DNA from: Balanoglossus misakiensis
Lineage: Eukaryota; Animalia; Hemichordata
Assembly (NCBI GenBank): GCA_040954595.2
Contig: CM082589.2
Span: forward strand, 8,006,232 to 8,070,231
Length of the DNA stretch: 64,000 nucleotides
Direction of reading: 5' to 3'
In this document: positions 60,354 to 64,000 of the stretch, in pieces
Layout of the letters: each line of letters begins with the position of its first letter
Position numbering within the stretch: the first letter of the stretch is position 1
The notes under the pieces: generated by a model
Databases searched by the model: none
What the model was told of the DNA's origin: nothing
Seen by the model: the letters and a program-made list of their open reading frames with translations, nothing else
Program-made: the position numbers and the translations under genes

Positions 60354-63300
60354 ACTCTATATGTAATGATATATAAATAACTATATGTAAAGATAGATAA
60401 CTAATTATACATACACATATATTGTAGAATGTTTTGATTCCAGTAAGGACAAAAAACCACAAGAGTTTTGGATTCAACTTGTATACTTTACATTCAAAGA
60501 CATGTAACAAATGGAAAATTAATATTAAAGATAGGTTTCTATACTGAAAATGTCACCAGAATGTAGTATATGTTCGTAGTCGGTTTGAATTTAATTACAG
60601 GACACGGTTGTATACGTTTAAACACGTACGATTTCTTTTATAACAAATGACATTTATGATCAATTTAACTAGTGGTTCATTTGACAATTCTGTTTTGTTA
60701 ACTACCTGATGCATGAAAAACTAAGCCATTAACTAGATTTTTTTGTATGCAGTGATAGTTGTGCTTGGTTTATTTATTTACACTATCGATTAATCATGTT
60801 GTTTGTATTGTCAAGTTTCCCTGGTAAAGATAAATAAATCTAAGATATCAGCAACCTGTTGCATTCGATGATTCGTGCTAGAATCAGACTATAAACTTCT
60901 CTATTCAGTGGAAAACCAATGAGCTAGAAGTAAGTATTCACCATTAGCCACCTGCTTCCATTTTTGGTGTTCAGTCGGGAAGAAGTAAAATTTCAGTTTT
61001 CCAAACCACTGTACGTAGAGAGGAATCAGCCACCATAGTTGACGTTGTATACGTTTAGAAATTGCTATGTCCCCGATATGTTAGTTCATCTGGTGCAATA
61101 AGTTTTGCAAGCAAACGTTAAACCAATGATCAATGCATGCCTTGTATTATGTACAGAATTAGTCAAGATAATGGGACTATAATGACCGAGAAACCTCTTC
61201 GAAATTCAGAAATCAAAATTCAATAACTGGATACTTGTTACGCTTTATCGCAATATGTGTCAGATATTTATCTATAGGTTGTTATATTCACACCAAAGTT
61301 TGCATTCACATTACCGTATGTAATATATCTGGAGGCTTTGTTTGTGGCGTGTGTTTTGAAAGCAATAATACTGGGTTCTGCATTAAGTACCAGCCAACAA
61401 TATATTTTCCGGATATCTATAGAACAGTAACTTGCATTGTGTATCGAGAATTTCCTGAAACTATTGTGCCTTCTGATGCATAATTACCGATGATTGAGGT
61501 TTGAGGCAGGCATAGATGAATGTAGTATTATTTTAGATTTTGAAATGGCAAGAATTTGATGAATAGCTGAAACGACTATTTTTGAGGTTTCCAACTTCGT
61601 GTAATAACCCTTCATGCATTTGAAAAGAGAAAACATGTCGATGCTTGTATTGGAGTCACCGTATACCTCTATGGATCATGGATGACAAGCAATTTGACAA
61701 TATGCAATCATAACATTATGGCAATTGTAGCGGGTGGTAGATATAATTTGTTACCAGCAAATTGGTAGAAAATTGTAAAATTCTAACAAATTAACAAGGG
61801 TGAAAATTTAAATAGTAAGAATAGGCTTGATAAAAAATACATGTATAACTCCGCTTTTATCGGTGGCTTCGCTTTCCTGATTGTTAATCTAATCACATCC
61901 TCTCTCTCACAAGAGGGACTGTGAAATAATAAAAGCATCTTTATGTGTGCAGGGCAAAAGGGACATATGCATTCAGAATGGGATCTCTGCTCCTTAATCA
62001 AGAACTACAGCATAGTCAATGATCAGAAGGCATTGGCTGTGTGCAAGGAAATTGATGCTCTCAGCCTTTGAAACATTCAAAGAGCGAGCATCAAGAAACA
62101 GAGAGGGTGCAATCTGTAATCACATTCCATATTATTGTTTGAAATTAACCTCATACCCCAATGCAGGGCAAGAGGAAATGACAACTGTAGTGTACATGAA
62201 AACATGACATTTAATTCTGATATCATTAAAGGGGAGGGGTCGTCGCGCCGCGGAGGTGTCCCCCTTGATGAGAATATGTCCTTCCAAACCCAACTGCAGT
62301 CACCACGACCTCAGTACTAGGATCTTCAGTTGCTGTCATGCCCAGTCTATGCTACGGTTGGCTGCTTTGTTCATTCTAAGAATTATCATTTCAGGGATTT
62401 GTGGATGACCTGGCATCAAATTGACAAACCTGCTATGAAGTTCACCAGAATAACCTGGCCCTGAAAATTCAACCCAAGTGACGTAGCGTTGACAAGTGGC
62501 TAATTACAATGCAAGTCCAGTGTAGTAACTCGGAGCCCCGAGAAGACAAGATCCTGACTCACACCCGTGTCGAATAGCGACACTATATACGTTTGGGTTG
62601 GCCTGATGTCTAAACGTGCAGAGGTATACGCATAAGCAGCCAGCTTTTACTTCTGCCAAGCACGGTCTCTGGCCCTGTGTGCCAACGTAGCCTCTAGATC
62701 ACACTTGAGCATTGCTGAAAACTTTATTACAGTCTATCATAAAGGTAGTTGATTACTTCAGAAGAAAAGTAGTGGGGTTGACATAGAGGTATCGAAACTG
62801 CCCACCTTAGCACGAAAATCTGTTAAAATAAATTCTCCCTGACTAAACAGTTACTACGTTGCTTGCCCTTAAATTTAATAACACATTTTAGATGAATTGG
62901 TTGTATACAAGTACTGCATTGGCCCTGTCTCAGACGTGTTGATAAACTCTGAAATTTATTTATTACACAGTATAGGTATAGACATAGCAGCTGGTTTTCA
63001 AACAATGGCGATGTGTACTGTCCTGTTCATGTATCCATTTAGCGGTTACAAGTTCTTGCTATTGGTTGAAACATGCACCAAGTTTATTTCTGTCCCCTCT
63101 GTCAGCTTAGTATTATCACTAATGTCTTGTGTTTTCTTTTATTACTTTCCGGTTGGAATATTTTGAACACAGCGTTAGTTGAGTGCATTCCAAGCTACTC
63201 TTATGGAGACAAGAAGGCTCTATGCCGTGGTACAACTAAATTGCGAACAAAGAGAGAGGACTATAGGGATGTATTTGAGTGCGTCCATTCTCTGATTGAA

Positions 63301-63448
63301 AACAGATGACGTGTGAACGTTATCAAGAGACGTCTTGGCGTGTAGATTTTGCAGTTCATTTGCTTGTGCCACCTTTAATTTTGGCATCACTAAAACCTTA
63401 GTTGTTGTTGTTTTGTTGGGGGTAGGGGTGGGGTGGGTGGGGTATTAA

Positions 63449-63804
63449 AATTACCTATAGCTGCCAAATTTTACATATTTTTTCCACAATAAAAAAATGT
63501 CAAATATATTCCCTATCCTCTAAAATCCTCACCATTAAGACATATTACTTGCATTTGAATCAGTTTGTCATCTCTTGGCGACGCATACCACGATAGCTGC
63601 GTACTATTTGTATGGAGGCTGATTAAATGGGTGCGGCACCGTTTTAATACATAGCGTGCTCAAATTGCAAAATGCAGTCACAATCTGGCATCAATAAGAT
63701 GTCCATGTATACCTACATGTATCAGTAAGCTTATTTAGATGGACCAATTTAAGTTGGAAAATAAAATCATGAAAATAACGTACACAATGGCAGCTCTAGA
63801 GGCT
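63449..63804. mobile_element. TTAA-type MITE, family D (old)
   Basis: TTAA|AATTACCTATAGCTGCCA...TGGCAGCTCTAGAGGCT|TTAA, imperfect TIR. Confidence 0.65.
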
Positions 63805-64000
63805 TTAATGTTTATCACTAAAACTTGCGGCTGGCGGGACAACGACTGATGTTGAATTTCGAGGGGTTACTGATCAGAGCTGGCACATCCATGTTTATAT
63901 ATGTGCATCTGTGTTAGGCCCTAATTTTTATTATTTTTGGGGAGACATACACAGCAAATCAACCATCTATTATACATTGTATAAGTGACATCTTGCATGT

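Noticed and set aside
61235-63309. Cluster of 60-90-aa ORFs
   Set aside because: Lengths are expected by chance; no domain motifs or linked splice sites recognised.

Overview
Eukaryotic, AT-rich, intron-containing animal DNA. The repeat repertoire and gene type suggest a marine invertebrate, but that is only a weak inference. 1-2627 is the 3' half of a decayed Ty1/copia LTR retrotransposon (integrase, RT, RNase H, PPT, 262-bp 3' LTR). 5408-13589 (+) is a 15-exon gene that I spliced by hand into an uninterrupted 974-aa frame: a VWDE-like type-I membrane protein (signal peptide, TSP1, EGF, VWD with GDPH, two RRRR furin sites, EGF, TM, short tail). About 16-39 kb is a dense, partly nested set of transposon remains: TTAA/Kolobok-type MITEs, a PIF/Harbinger-type MITE, 9-bp-TSD AcademH-like MITEs, an 8-bp-TSD Merlin-like MITE carrying head-to-head TTAGGG tracts, two pogo/Tigger transposase relics, Helentron-like arrays, a probable P-element excision footprint and an array of duplicated exon-like units. 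About 39-64 kb shows no recognisable gene, only L2-clade LINE 3' ends, MITEs, microsatellites and a near-perfect 115-bp palindrome. I found no clearly new multi-gene system. The best leads are a stop-introducing CAGTAG tandem acceptor in the VWDE-like gene, the telomere-repeat MITE and the P-type footprints, one of which abuts the gene's TATA box.
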